Below are positions 13,251 to 24,006 of a DNA stretch of 64,000 nt, in pieces. Source of the DNA: Heterodontus francisci (taxonomy: Eukaryota); NCBI RefSeq assembly GCF_036365525.1, contig NC_090404.1, forward strand, positions 8,556,001-8,620,000, read 5' to 3'. The notes under the pieces were generated by a model. That model was not told the origin of the DNA, made no database searches, and saw only the letters and a list, made by a program, of their open reading frames with translations. Position 1 is the first letter of the stretch. Each line of letters opens with the position of its first letter. The position numbers were made by a program, and so were the translations under genes.

Positions 13251-13836
13251 AATTCAAATGTACTTTATGATTGAGTGAAGTCTCCAATAATTGCCCTGAA
13301 TAAGTAATCCGTGACACGATAATATTTCACTGGTCTTTATGTGGGTCCTAAAACACACTGAAAGAATGTCCTCAGTTTAATACTGATACAAGTTAAAGCT
13401 GTTCATAGGATTTCCACCACAGGATTTGAACTCACAGCCGACTCTCAATCAGAATCCTTGACGGTCTCCAACTAAGTTGCTATCGAAACATAACGCATGC
13501 GTGATCTATATACAATCAGGTATCTCACCTTCATATTCACGAACGTTAGATTGTCCGAGATTAACCCAAAATAAATTGGCGTCTGACAATGAAGGAAAAA
13601 AGAAATAAAGATTTTCCAGCACGAAATGTATGAGAATCTTAAAGGAAGAACGGTTGTGGTGTCAGGAACAGGAACATTGCTGAGAGTCATTCATTTAAAG
13701 TCAGATATACGTTGAAGATTAAATTACAGAACAAAATGGTATCTCAGAGTAATGATAAGAAAACAGAATATAATAATTATATGACATCCTGGATTAATAA
13801 ACGACCTGAATATATTTCCCCCTCGACATCCTGTAG

Positions 13837-13964
13837 ATTCCTCCGGCCACATCTGGATTGAAGACTATGAAGAAGAAAGCGGCAACATCAGGGCAGCCAC
13901 GTCCACATACATCATCCTGTTCCTCCTGAGCATTTTCTACAGTGTTACCCTCACCCTGGTGAAG
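13837..13964 (+). CDS. IGHM: IgH (IgM) transmembrane exon TM1, copy a
   Basis: ctgtag|AT...GTGAAG|gtgaga: DSSGHIWIEDYEEESGNIRAATSTYIILFLLSIFYSVTLTLVK. Splice sites intact; the conserved W(TT) is replaced by R(AA). Confidence 0.88.
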
Positions 13965-14779
13965 GTGAGAAGATTCAATCCACCCGCAGTCACAAGAGCC
14001 TGGGGTCCATCTGACACATTCACACTGGGGAGCAGTGAGCCCGGCAATCATTCAAAGAGCACGAGGCCTATCTGATAAAGCAGGGAGGAAGGATCTTGTG
14101 AATGAAACCCAGAGTCTGGTTTCTACTGGACTGATAGACTCTCTCTTTCCCATTTTGTTTATAGAAGACGGAACGATGAACGGAAAGACTGTATTTGAGG
14201 GAGAGGGGTTGAGGGATAACACATTATATGCATGGACATTTGGAAGGTTCAGCTCACTAACATTGCCAGAAACAGTTTGTGTGCAAGCCGGACAAAGTTA
14301 AATTCTGATGGATAACAATTTATGTTTGTATGGGGGGGTCTTGGTGTCCTTTTTGAACGAGCAAAGCGCATGTAGTTGATTATTTCATTCTGATGGTGTT
14401 CATTTAACCCCAGTTCAGCCATGTTGGACTACAGTAGAAGTGTATCCCTCCCCACCCCCCACCCCCCCTCTCTCTCTTTCCTTCTCCCTTTAGGTGCTGC
14501 ACAGATCCTCCTGCTCTCTTCCAACCGCCCTGCTCTCGGGCAAGAATGAGTTCCTTTGAAGGATCCCGAGTCCAAATGGACCACACAGACTGAAGACACA
14601 AATAGTCTGCGCTAGAGTAATCACTTCCAACCCTTCGCCATTCTCAGCAGCACTAATTAAGACTGACTCTGTATTCTGTTTCCTTGACAGCATTTCTCTA
14701 TGTTCTGAGACATTTTCTCCGATACGATCAGAACGTCACCCCAGGCATCCTCTCTCCCACTGCATTCCCTCCTCAAATA

Positions 14780-15785
14780 CTGAAGCGGCCATGTAGAAAT
14801 GCAGCAAGACCTGGACAATATCCAGGCTTGTGCTGATAAGTGGCAAGTAACATTCGCACGCCACACAAGTGCCAGGCAACGACCATCTCCAACAAGAGAG
14901 AATCTAACCATCTCCCCTTGAAAATACCGTAACGGTATCACGATCATTGTATCCCCCACTATCAACATCCTAGGGGCTACCATTGACTAGAAACTGAACT
15001 GGAGTAGCCATATAAATACCGTGGCTACAAGAGCAGGTCAGAGGCTAGGATTCCTGAGGCGAGTAACGCACCTCCTGACTCCCCAAAGTCTGTCCACCAT
15101 CTACAAGGCACAAGTCAGGAGTGTGATGGAATACTCTACACTTGCCTGGATGGGTGCAGCTCCAACAACACGTATATCTGACTAAGATATCATCCCTCCT
15201 TACTGCAGTAATTGACTCCTTGATCAATAGTGCAATGCCACCTCCTCTTCTACACCTACAGTGCTGTTAGGAAGGGAGTTCCAGGATTTTGACCCAGCGA
15301 CAGCGAAGGAACGGCGATATAGTTCCAAGTCAGGATGGTGTGTGACTTGGAGGGGAATTTGCAGGTGGTGGTGTTCCCATGTATTTGCTGCCCTTGTCCT
15401 TCTAGTTGGTAGATGTCGCGGGTTTTGAAGGTGCTGTCTAAGGTGACTTGGTGCATTGCTGTGGTGCATCTTGTAGATGGTACACAGTGCTGCCACTGTG
15501 CGTCAGTGGTGGAGGGACTGAATGTTTGTGGATGGGGTGCCAATCAAGCGGGCTGTTTTGTCCTGGATGGTTTGGAAATCTGTCAATCTCTGCTTTAAAC
15601 ATACTCAATGACTGAGCTTCCACAGCCCTCCGGGGTAGAGAATTCCAAAGATTCACAACCCTCTGTGTAATGACATTTCTCCTCATCTCTGCCCCAAGTG
15701 ACTTCCCCCTTATTTTGAAATTGTGTCCCCTGGTTCTAGACTCCTCAACCAGGTGAAATATCTTACCTGCATCTACCCTGTCTAT
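14780..15785. mobile_element. Mosaic of LINE fragments in both orientations
   Basis: 14780-15172 (+) and 15257-15572 (-) match the LINE family at 42345-43268; 15573-15785 is a minus-strand CR1 3' piece (TQRVVNLWNSLP). Confidence 0.75.
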
Positions 15786-16029
15786 CTATAACGATACCCC
15801 AGGGTCCTACAAGACAAGGGGCGGCACTGGACCTAATCTTCGGGAATGAAGCCGGACAAGTGGTGGAAGTCTCATTGCGGGGGGGGGGGGGGGGGGGTGG
15901 GGGGGGGTGCATTTCGGGGATAGTGACCATAACTCTGTAAGATTTAAGGTAGTTATGGAAAAGGACATAGAGGGACCGGAAATAAAGGTACTGAGTTGGG
16001 GGAAGGCAGATTTCAATATGAGTCATCGA

Positions 16030-16355
16030 GAGAGATGCAGCACTGAAACAGGCCCTTTGGCTTACCGAGTCTGTGCTGACCATCAACCACCCATTTATAC
16101 TAATCCTACATTAATCCTATATTCCCTACCACATACCACCTTCCCTCAATTCTCCTACCACCTACCTACACTAGGGGCAATTTACAATGGCCAATTTAGC
16201 TATCAACCTGCAAGTCTTTGGCTGTGGGAGGAAACAAGAGCACCCGACGGAAACCCACGCAGTCACAGGGAGAATTTGAAAACTCCACACAGGCAGTACC
16301 CAGAACCGAACGTGGGTCGCTAAAGCAGTGATGCTAGCCACTGCGCCACTGTGCC
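16030..16355 (-). mobile_element. tRNA-derived SINE (V-SINE/HE1-like)
   Basis: Reverse complement begins GGCACAGTGGCGCAGTGG (tRNA-like A box) and has the GTGTGGAGTTT...TCTCCCTGTGACTGCGTGGGTTTCC core; same family as 25965-26277. Confidence 0.8.
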
Positions 16356-16985
16356 AAAATGATTGAACAAGATCTGGTCAAAGTGGACTGGGATCAGCTA
16401 CTTGGAGGAAAGTCGCAATCAGATCAGTGGGAGTCATTCAAAAATGAAATAGTGAGAGTTCAGGGCCATCATGCTCGTGTAAACGTGAAGGGTAGGACTA
16501 ACAAGCCCAGGGAACCTGGATGTCAAGCGATAGAGAGGATTGGATAACGAATAAAAAAGGAGACTTATGGTAGATTCACAGGGCTGAAAACAATGGAGGC
16601 CCTAGAGGAGTATAGAAAGTGCAGGCGGTACTTTAATAAGTAATTAGGAGAGCGAAGGGGGGCATGAAAAACACTGCAGGCAAGATAAAGGAAAATCCCA
16701 AGGCCTTTTATAAGTATATCAAGGGCAAGAGGATCAGCAGGGAATGACGAGGGCCCATTAGGGACCAAAGTGGCAATCTCTGTGTGGAGCCGGAGGACGT
16801 AGGTGAAGTTTTAAATTATTACTTTTCATCTGTGTGCACTATGGAGAAGGACGATATAGCTGTAGAGATCAAGGAGGGGGATTGTGATAGACTTGAATAA
16901 ATTAGCATTGAAAGAGAGGAGGTATAGCGGTTTTAGCGGTCTTAAAAGTGGATAAATCCCCAACGCCCAGATGAGATGTATCCCA

Positions 16986-17186
16986 AACAAAAACAAGAAA
17001 TGCTGGAATCACTCCGCAGATCTGGCAGCATCTGTGGAAAGAGAAGCAGAGTTAACGTTTCGGGTCAGTGACCCGAAACGTTAACTCTGCTTCTCTTTCC
17101 ACAGATGCTGCCAGACCTGCTGAGTGATTCCAGCATTTCTTGTTTTTGTTTCAGATTTCCAGCATCCGCAGTATTTTGCTTTTATT
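16986..17186. mobile_element. Penelope pLTR-derived fold-back insertion with 14-bp target-site duplication
   Basis: ~80-bp inverted arms centred on GGGTCA-G-TGACCC; TGAGATGTATCCCA duplicated at 16972-16985 and 17187-17200. Confidence 0.85.
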
Positions 17187-18771
17187 TGAGATGTATCCCA
17201 GGCTGTTGTGTGAGGCAAAGAAGGAGATTGCAGGGGCTCTGACACAAATTTTCAAATCCTCTCTGGCCACAGGAGAAGTGCCAGAGGACTGGAGGACAGC
17301 GAATGTGGTACCATTATTCAAGAAAGGTAGCAGGGATAACCAGGTAATTACAGGCCGGTTCGTCTAACATCAGTGGTAGGGAAACTAATGGAAAAAATTC
17401 TGAGGGACAGGATTAATATCCACTTAGAGAGGCAGGGATTAATCAAGGATGGTCAGCGTGGCTTTGTCAAGGGGAGATCATGTCCAACAAATTTGATCGA
17501 ATCTTTCGAGGAGGTGACTAGGTGTGTAGATGAGGGTAAAGCTGTTGAAGTAGTCTACGTGGACTTTAGTAAGGCTTTTGATAAGAGCCCGCATTGTAGA
17601 TTGGTCAGGAAGGTAACAGCCCATGGGATCCAGGCCAATTTAGCAAATTGGATCCAAAATGGGCTTTGTGGCAGGAGGCAGAGGGTGATTGTCGAGGGTT
17701 ATTCTTGCGAGTGGAAGCCTGCGACCAGTGGTATACGCAGGGATCGGTGCTGGGACCCTTGCTCTTTTGTAGTGTACATTAATGATTTAGAAGCGAATAT
17801 AGGAGGTATGATCAATGTGTTCGCAGATGACACGGAAATTTTTGGTGTTGTAAATAGTGAGGAGGAAAGCCTTAGATTACAGTATGATGTAGATGGGCTG
17901 GTAAAATGAGCAGAGCAGTGGCAAATGGAATTTAATCCTGAGAAGTGTGAGGTGATGCATTTTGAGAGGACTAACAAGGCAAGGGAATATACAATGGATG
18001 GTGGGGCCACTGGAAGTACAGAAGGTCAAGGGGACCTTGGTGTACTTGTCCCTAGGTCACTGAAGGGAGAACCACAGGTAGATAAGATGGTTAGGAAGGC
18101 ATATGGGATACTTGCCTTTATTAGCCGGGGCATAGAATATAAGCACAGGGAAGTTATGACGGAGCTATATAAAACGCTAGTTCGGTCACAGTTGAAGTAC
18201 TGTGTATATTTCTGGGCACCACACTAGAGGATGGATATGATTGCACTGGAGAGGGTGCAGAGGAGATTCACCAGGATGTTGCCTGGGCTGGAGCATTTCA
18301 GCTACGAAGGGAGACTGGATAGGCGAGGGTTGTGTTCCTTAGAGCAGAGAAGGCTGAGGGGGTACCTGATTGACATATACAAAATTATAAGGGGCATTGA
18401 TAGGGTAGACAGGAAGAAACTGTGCCCCTTAACGGAGGTGTCAATAACCTGGAGGCATAGATTTAATGGAAGGGATAGGAGGCTTAAGAGGGGATTTGAG
18501 GAAATAAAATTCACCCAGAGGGTGGTTGGAATCTGGAACGCACTGCCTGCCTGAAGAGTTTTTAGAGGCAGGAACCCTCACAACATTTAAGAAGTAATTA
18601 GATGAACACTTGAAACGCCATAACATAGAAGGCTACGGGCCAAATGCAGGAAAACGGGATTAGAATAGAAAAATGCTTGATGGCCGGCATGAACACGATG
18701 GGCAGAAGGGCCTGTTACTGTGCTGTATAACTCAATGACTTTCCCTGCTCCATGCCCTCTGATACCATCTC

Positions 18772-21018
18772 TCACAATTCGGTTAGGTTTACCTTAGCGA
18801 TGGGTAGGGACAGGTATATACCGCAGGGCAAAAATTATCGCTGGGGGAAAGGAAATTATGATGCGATTAGGCAAGATTTAGGATGCGTAGGATGGGGAAG
18901 GAAACTGCAGGGGATGGGAACAATCGAAATGTGGAGCTTATTCAAGGAGCAGCTACTGCATGTCCTTGATAAGTATGTACCTGTCAGGCAGGGAGGAAGT
19001 TGCCGAGCGAGGGAGCCGTGGTTTACTAAAGAGGTTGAAGTGCTTGTCAAGAGGAAGAAGAAGGCTTATGTTAGGATGAGACGTGAAGGCTCAGTTAGGA
19101 CGCTTGAGAGTTACAAGCTAGCCAGGAAGGATCTAAAGGGAGAGCTCAGAAGAGCAAGGAGAGGACACGAGAAGTCATTGGCGGATAGGATCAGGGAAAA
19201 CCCTAAGGCTTTCTATAGGTATATCAGTAATAAAAGAATGACTAGAGTTAGATTAGGGCCAATCAAGGATAGTAGTGGGAAGTTGTGTGTGGAATCAGAG
19301 GAGATGGGGGAAGCGTTAAATGAATATTTTGCGTCAGTATTTACAGTAGAGAAAGAAAATGATGTCGAGGAGAATACTGAGATACAGACTACTAGGCTAG
19401 ATGGGATTGAGGTTCACAAGGAGGAGGTGTTAGCAATTTTGGAAAGTGTGAAAATAGATAAGTCCCCTGGGCCAGATGGGATTTATCCTAGGATTCTCTG
19501 GGAAGCTAGGGAGGAGATTGCAGAGCCTTTGTCCTTGATCTTTATGTCGTCATTGTCGACAGGAATAGTGCCGGAAGACTGGAGGATAGCAAATGTTGTC
19601 CCCTTGTTCAAGAAGGGGAGTAGAGACAGTCCTGGCAATTATAGACCTGTGAGCCTTACTTCGGTTGTTGGTAAAATGTTGGAAAAGGTTATAAGAGACA
19701 GGATTTATAATCATCTTGAAAAGAATAAGTTCATTAGCGATAGTCAGCACGTTTTGTGACGGGTAGGTCGTGCCTCACAAACCTTAATGAGCTTTTCGAG
19801 AAGGTGACCAAACAGGTGGATGAGGGTAAAGCAGTGGATGTGGTGTATATGGATTTCAGTAAGGCGTTTGATAAGCTTCCCCACGGTAGGCTATTGCAGA
19901 AAATATGGAAGTATGGGGTTGAAGGTGATTTAGAGCTTTGGATCAGAAATTGGCTAGCTGAAAGAAGACAGAGGGTGGTGGTTGATGGCAAATGTTCATC
20001 CTGGAGTTTAGTTACCAGTGGTGTACCGCAAGGATCTGTTTTGGGGCCACTGCTGTTTGTCATTTTTATAAATGACCTGGAAGAGGGTGTAGAAGGGTGG
20101 GTTAGTAAATTTGCGGATGACACGAAGGTCGGTGGAGTTGTGGATAGTGCCGAAGGATGTTGTAGGGTACAGAGGGACATAGATAGGCTGCAGAGCTGGG
20201 CTGAGAGATGGCAAATGGAGTTTAATGCGGAAAAGTGTGAGGTGATTCACTTTGGAAGGAGTAACAGGAATGCAGAGTACTGGGCTAATGGGAAGATTCT
20301 TGGTAGTGTAGATGAACAGAGGGATCTTGGTGTCCAGGTACATAAATCCCTGAAGGTTGCTACCCAGGTTAATAGGGCTGTTAAGAAGGAATATGGTGTG
20401 TTAGCTTTTATTAGTAGGGAGATCGAGTTTCGGAGCCAGGAGGTCATGCTGCAGCTGTACAAAACTCTGGTGAGACCGCACCTGGTGTATTGCATGCAGT
20501 TCTGGTCACCGCATTATCGGAAGGATGTAGAAGCTATGGATAGGGTGCAGAGGAGATTTACTAGGATGTTGCCTGTGATGGAGGGAAGATCTTACGAGGA
20601 AAGGCTGAGGGACTTGAGGTTGTTTTCGTTGGAGAGAAGGAGGAGGAGAGGTGACTTAATAGAGACATATAAGATAATCAGAGGGTTCGATAGGGTGGAT
20701 AGTGAGAGTCTTTTTCCTCGGATGGTGATGGCAAACACGAGGGGACATAGCTTTAAGTTGAGGGGTGATAGATATAGGACAGATGTCAGAGGTAGTTTCT
20801 TTACTCAGAGAGTAGTAGGGGCGTGGAACGCCCTGCCTGCAGCAGTAGTAGACTCGCCAACTTTAAGGGCATTTAAGTGGTCATTGGATAGACATTTGGA
20901 TGAAAATGGAATAGTGTAGGTCAGATGGTTTCACAGTTCGGCGCAACATCGAGGGCCGAAGGGCCTGTACTGCGCTGCAATGTTCTAATTCTAATTCTAA
21001 TTCTAATTCTAATTCTAA
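18772..21018 (+). mobile_element. Young 5'-truncated CR1-type LINE (RT domain, one frameshift) with (ATTCTA)n tail
   Basis: ORFs 18752-19759 and 19756-20919: KSPGPDG, YRPVSLTS, GVPQGSVLGPLLF, FADDTK; microsatellite tail 20983-21018. Confidence 0.95.
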
Positions 21019-21326
21019 CTCAATGAACATCAGACGAGGACCATGTCAGTGACCATCAGATCGTCCCTCCCTGTTACCTGAAACTTTCGATCCACCTGTT
21101 TCGAGTCATCGATTTTTTTTTTGGGTGCCTACTGGCCTGGGGAATATCCACAGACGCTTTGGGAGTTCGGAATAGATATAGACTGATGTGATTAAATAAC
21201 TCAATTGAAAAATAAATTAGGGAAATAATAACACTTCAAGTAGAATAAAACAGTACATAAAATTATAGTAATATATCTCTGGCTAATAAACAACCTAAAT
21301 ATATTTCCTCCTCTACATCCCTGTAT

Positions 21327-21454
21327 ATTCCTCAGATCACATCTGGATTGAAGACCATGAGGAAGAGAGCGGTAAGATCTGGACAACCGCTTCCACATTC
21401 ATCATGCTGTTCTTCTTGAGCATTTTCTACAATGCTGCCGTCACTCTGGTGAAG
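21327..21454 (+). pseudogene. IGHM: IgH (IgM) transmembrane exon TM1, copy b
   Basis: DSSDHIWIEDHEEESGKIWTTASTFIMLFFLSIFYNAAVTLVK|gtgaaa. The homologous acceptor is mutated (tgtaT), but an in-frame ttcctcAG allows a start at 21336. Confidence 0.85.
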
Positions 21455-21646
21455 GTGAAAATATTCACACTTCAATCTGACTGAGGCCATTTCACAAATC
21501 TCTGAAAGTATCATTGGTAAAAACCTGAAGAAATTGCCCCAGACCATTAAATCACTGCTTCATTCTTTATTCCTCGTTTAAATGATCGGTTGGACTTCGG
21601 ACTCTGTGGATTTTTCTTATCTGTTTCTCACTATTTCTGCATTCAG

Positions 21647-21840
21647 GAAATGAAATATGTTGTCTTGGTGATTCTCAAAGTTAAATACCTTCAGTTAATC
21701 GATCCGAATCTACCGCTGAGACAAAAGGAAAACGTGAATTCCAACATTCTGTTTGAAAAATGCATTCGTGTGTGAGATAATCGTGGCTATAATGTTTGAC
21801 AGTTGCTTGACTATTTCAGATGCATGTAAATAAAGTTTCT
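21647..21840 (+). pseudogene. Probable degenerate TM2 exon and 3' UTR
   Basis: ctgcattcag|GAAATGA resembles the canonical GTGAAATGA (VK*) lacking 2 nt; AATAAA near 21829. Confidence 0.45.
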
Positions 21841-23282
21841 CATTCCTTATTTATACTTGTTCCCTTCCCTTTATCTTGAGTCTTTGTTTTTCCCGGAGCC
21901 TGGGGCCTATGTGACACAGAGACACGAACACACACAAAACCTTGGAAAGGTTCACGGAGACTGGGGCCCCAGGACATTCCAAAAAGCGCAAACTCTGGCA
22001 TTTATTCACATAGACTGGGGCTGATCTGACAAATCTATCTCTGCCACAATCTCGCACCTTCCCCCCTCATATCCATGGCCTCCTTCCCTCTCATCTCATT
22101 CACCGTATCCTTAATTTCTCCCCGGGCTCCCGTTGAACCTCGGCTCGGGGAGCTCAGAAGGTATGAGATCACTTTAGGAGGCCGGCGTTCACCCCCACCA
22201 CCGGGGTCACAGTCCTGGGTCACGAACCACATTCAGCACAAGCAGAAGTTCTTCATCACTGAACGGAGGATGATGACGCCCCTTGACCCGGATTGAATGT
22301 GAGAAACAGCCAATCGCGGCGCTGTGACATAAAACAGGATTGTGACGTCTTCCGCGAGAGGACAAACCGGTGGCCATCTTTGTCTGGCTGAAAACACTGT
22401 AAATGTCTTCCGTTTCTGTCTATAAATCACCTTTATTGAAAGGAACAGTGACTTAAAGTTTTCATTAAAGAAGCCGTTCGATTTAAAAGGATAAACGCGA
22501 ATGTTTGGTCAAGGGACACTTTTAAATAGTTGTCCTTAAAGCGGTTGGGGTGATGCGCATGTGCGGCCCGTTCTCCCAGAGAGCAGCACGGTCCGTACCG
22601 CAGATGGGGGCCTTTCACAGCCGCTGTGAATTGTGGGAGAAGCCACCCTCAATCACCCAATTATTAACTGAGTGTTTGCAAATCCACAATAAAAACAGGA
22701 AGTGCTGGTGATACTCAACAGGTCAGGCAGCATTGGTGAAGAGAAAAACAGAGTTAACGTTTCAGGTCTGTGACCTTTCATCCTCCTTCCAGCAGGGACC
22801 TGCCCGGGCTATTGGTCCGGAAGGACTGCGGATGTCTGTTGAACGGAGAATCTCTGATTGGACAAAGAATCCTGGAAATCCCAGGAGGTGTTCATCAACG
22901 CAAACGGGAAAGATGGATTCGAACAAAGAAAAAAAAAGAAGAAACTTTACTGGTCCCTGTGAAAACCGGCGCACAATATATTTAACCTCTAGGGTGAGAC
23001 ACGACTAAGCAAAATATACATTTTTATGGAAAGAATCACTTTATGTACACAGAAAGAAGTGAGAATGTGGAGTAAATGCAGAATTAATTTAATAGAGGAA
23101 ACGAATAGGAGATGAGAAAAGAGCAATGCTGAAGGGTATGAGCAGGAAAAGGAAAGTGCAGACTTAATGAGCTTAATGAAGTTTTGCTGCACGGTAAAAT
23201 TCTACGATTAATTGAAATTGAATATTTATACACATTTGCCATGCTCTATATCACTGCGTCTCTGCCATTCACACCATGTGCA

Positions 23283-23699
23283 GGTTTTTGTACAGCTCTC
23301 TCCGTGCTCTGTATCACTGTGTGTCTGTAATCTCCACTATGTTCAGGTTTTTGTACAGCTCTCTCCGTGCTCTGTATCACCGTGTGTCTGTAATCCCCAC
23401 CATGTTCAGGTTTTTGTACAGCTCTCTCCCTGTTCTCTATCGCTGCGCGTCTGTAATCCCCGCCAAATTCAGGTTTTTGGACAGCTCTCTCCCTTTTCTC
23501 TGTCGCTGTGTGTCTGTAATCCCCGCCAAGTTCAGGTTTTTGTACAGCTCTCTCCGTGTTCTCTATCGCTGTGTGTCTGTAATCCCCACCATGTTCAGGT
23601 TTTTGTACAGCTCTCTCCGTGTTCTGTATCACTGTGTGTCTGTAATCCCCACCATGTTCAGGTTTTTGTACAGCTCTCTCCGTGCTCTGTATCACTGTG
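23283..23699 (-). repeat. Tandem array of seven 23-spacer recombination signal sequences (63-bp unit)
   Basis: Plus-strand nonamer GGTTTTTGT starts at 23283, 23346, 23409, 23472 (GGTTTTTGG), 23535, 23598, 23661, each followed by a 23-nt spacer and heptamer (CACTGTG x3, CACCGTG, CGCTGTG x2, CGCTGCG). A degenerate partial unit lies at ~23240-23282. Confidence 0.95.
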
Positions 23700-24006
23700 C
23701 TGCGCGCCGACTCAGTGCACAGGGATACACAGCGGAGTCACTCAGTTGTAGTTTGGAGATTTTTAACCGGCAGATTTTCTCGGCAGGATCGATAGAAGCA
23801 GAAATTCGTCCCCCGGCTGCGGTTTCTTTATTATCCGCTCCTGAAGTTTGTCTCTGAAGCAGGTATTTCGGAGCCTGCCCTGGGAAGTGTCGGTACCAGT
23901 GTACTGTGTACTGACAGAACCCTGAATATTCGCAGCTTAAAGTAAACGGTGTCACCGGCAGCAGAGGTTTGCAGAGGCGGACTCCGGGACACCAGGGAAC
24001 TGGAAT
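23700..24006 (-). pseudogene. TRDV: Leaderless NAR-TCR-supporting TCRdelta V, copy 1 (+1 frameshift in FR1)
   Basis: ctgcag|AT TCC... DSSSLVSRSPPLQTSAAGDTV/TLSCEYSGFCQYTVHWYRHFPGQAPKYLL...LQLSDSAVYPCALSRRA; extra CDR1 Cys; one extra base at 23944-23946 relative to copy 2. Confidence 0.88.

Larger units (their letters stand above)
15790..18740 (+). mobile_element. CR1-type LINE, degenerate ORF2, carrying nested insertions
   Basis: GDSDHNSV (endonuclease end), PEDWRTANVVPLFKKG, DFSKAFDK, FADDT, TQRVVGIWNALP across broken frames. Confidence 0.9.

Noticed and set aside
22230-22620. CpG-rich stretch with CCAAT, TGACGT and TATAAA motifs
   Set aside because: No linked exon identified; short motifs alone are insufficient.
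23212-23857. Repetitive ORFs and a CRISPR-like look of the 63-bp array
   Set aside because: Units are near-identical with no unique spacers, the context is eukaryotic, and the repeat is explained as RSS copies.
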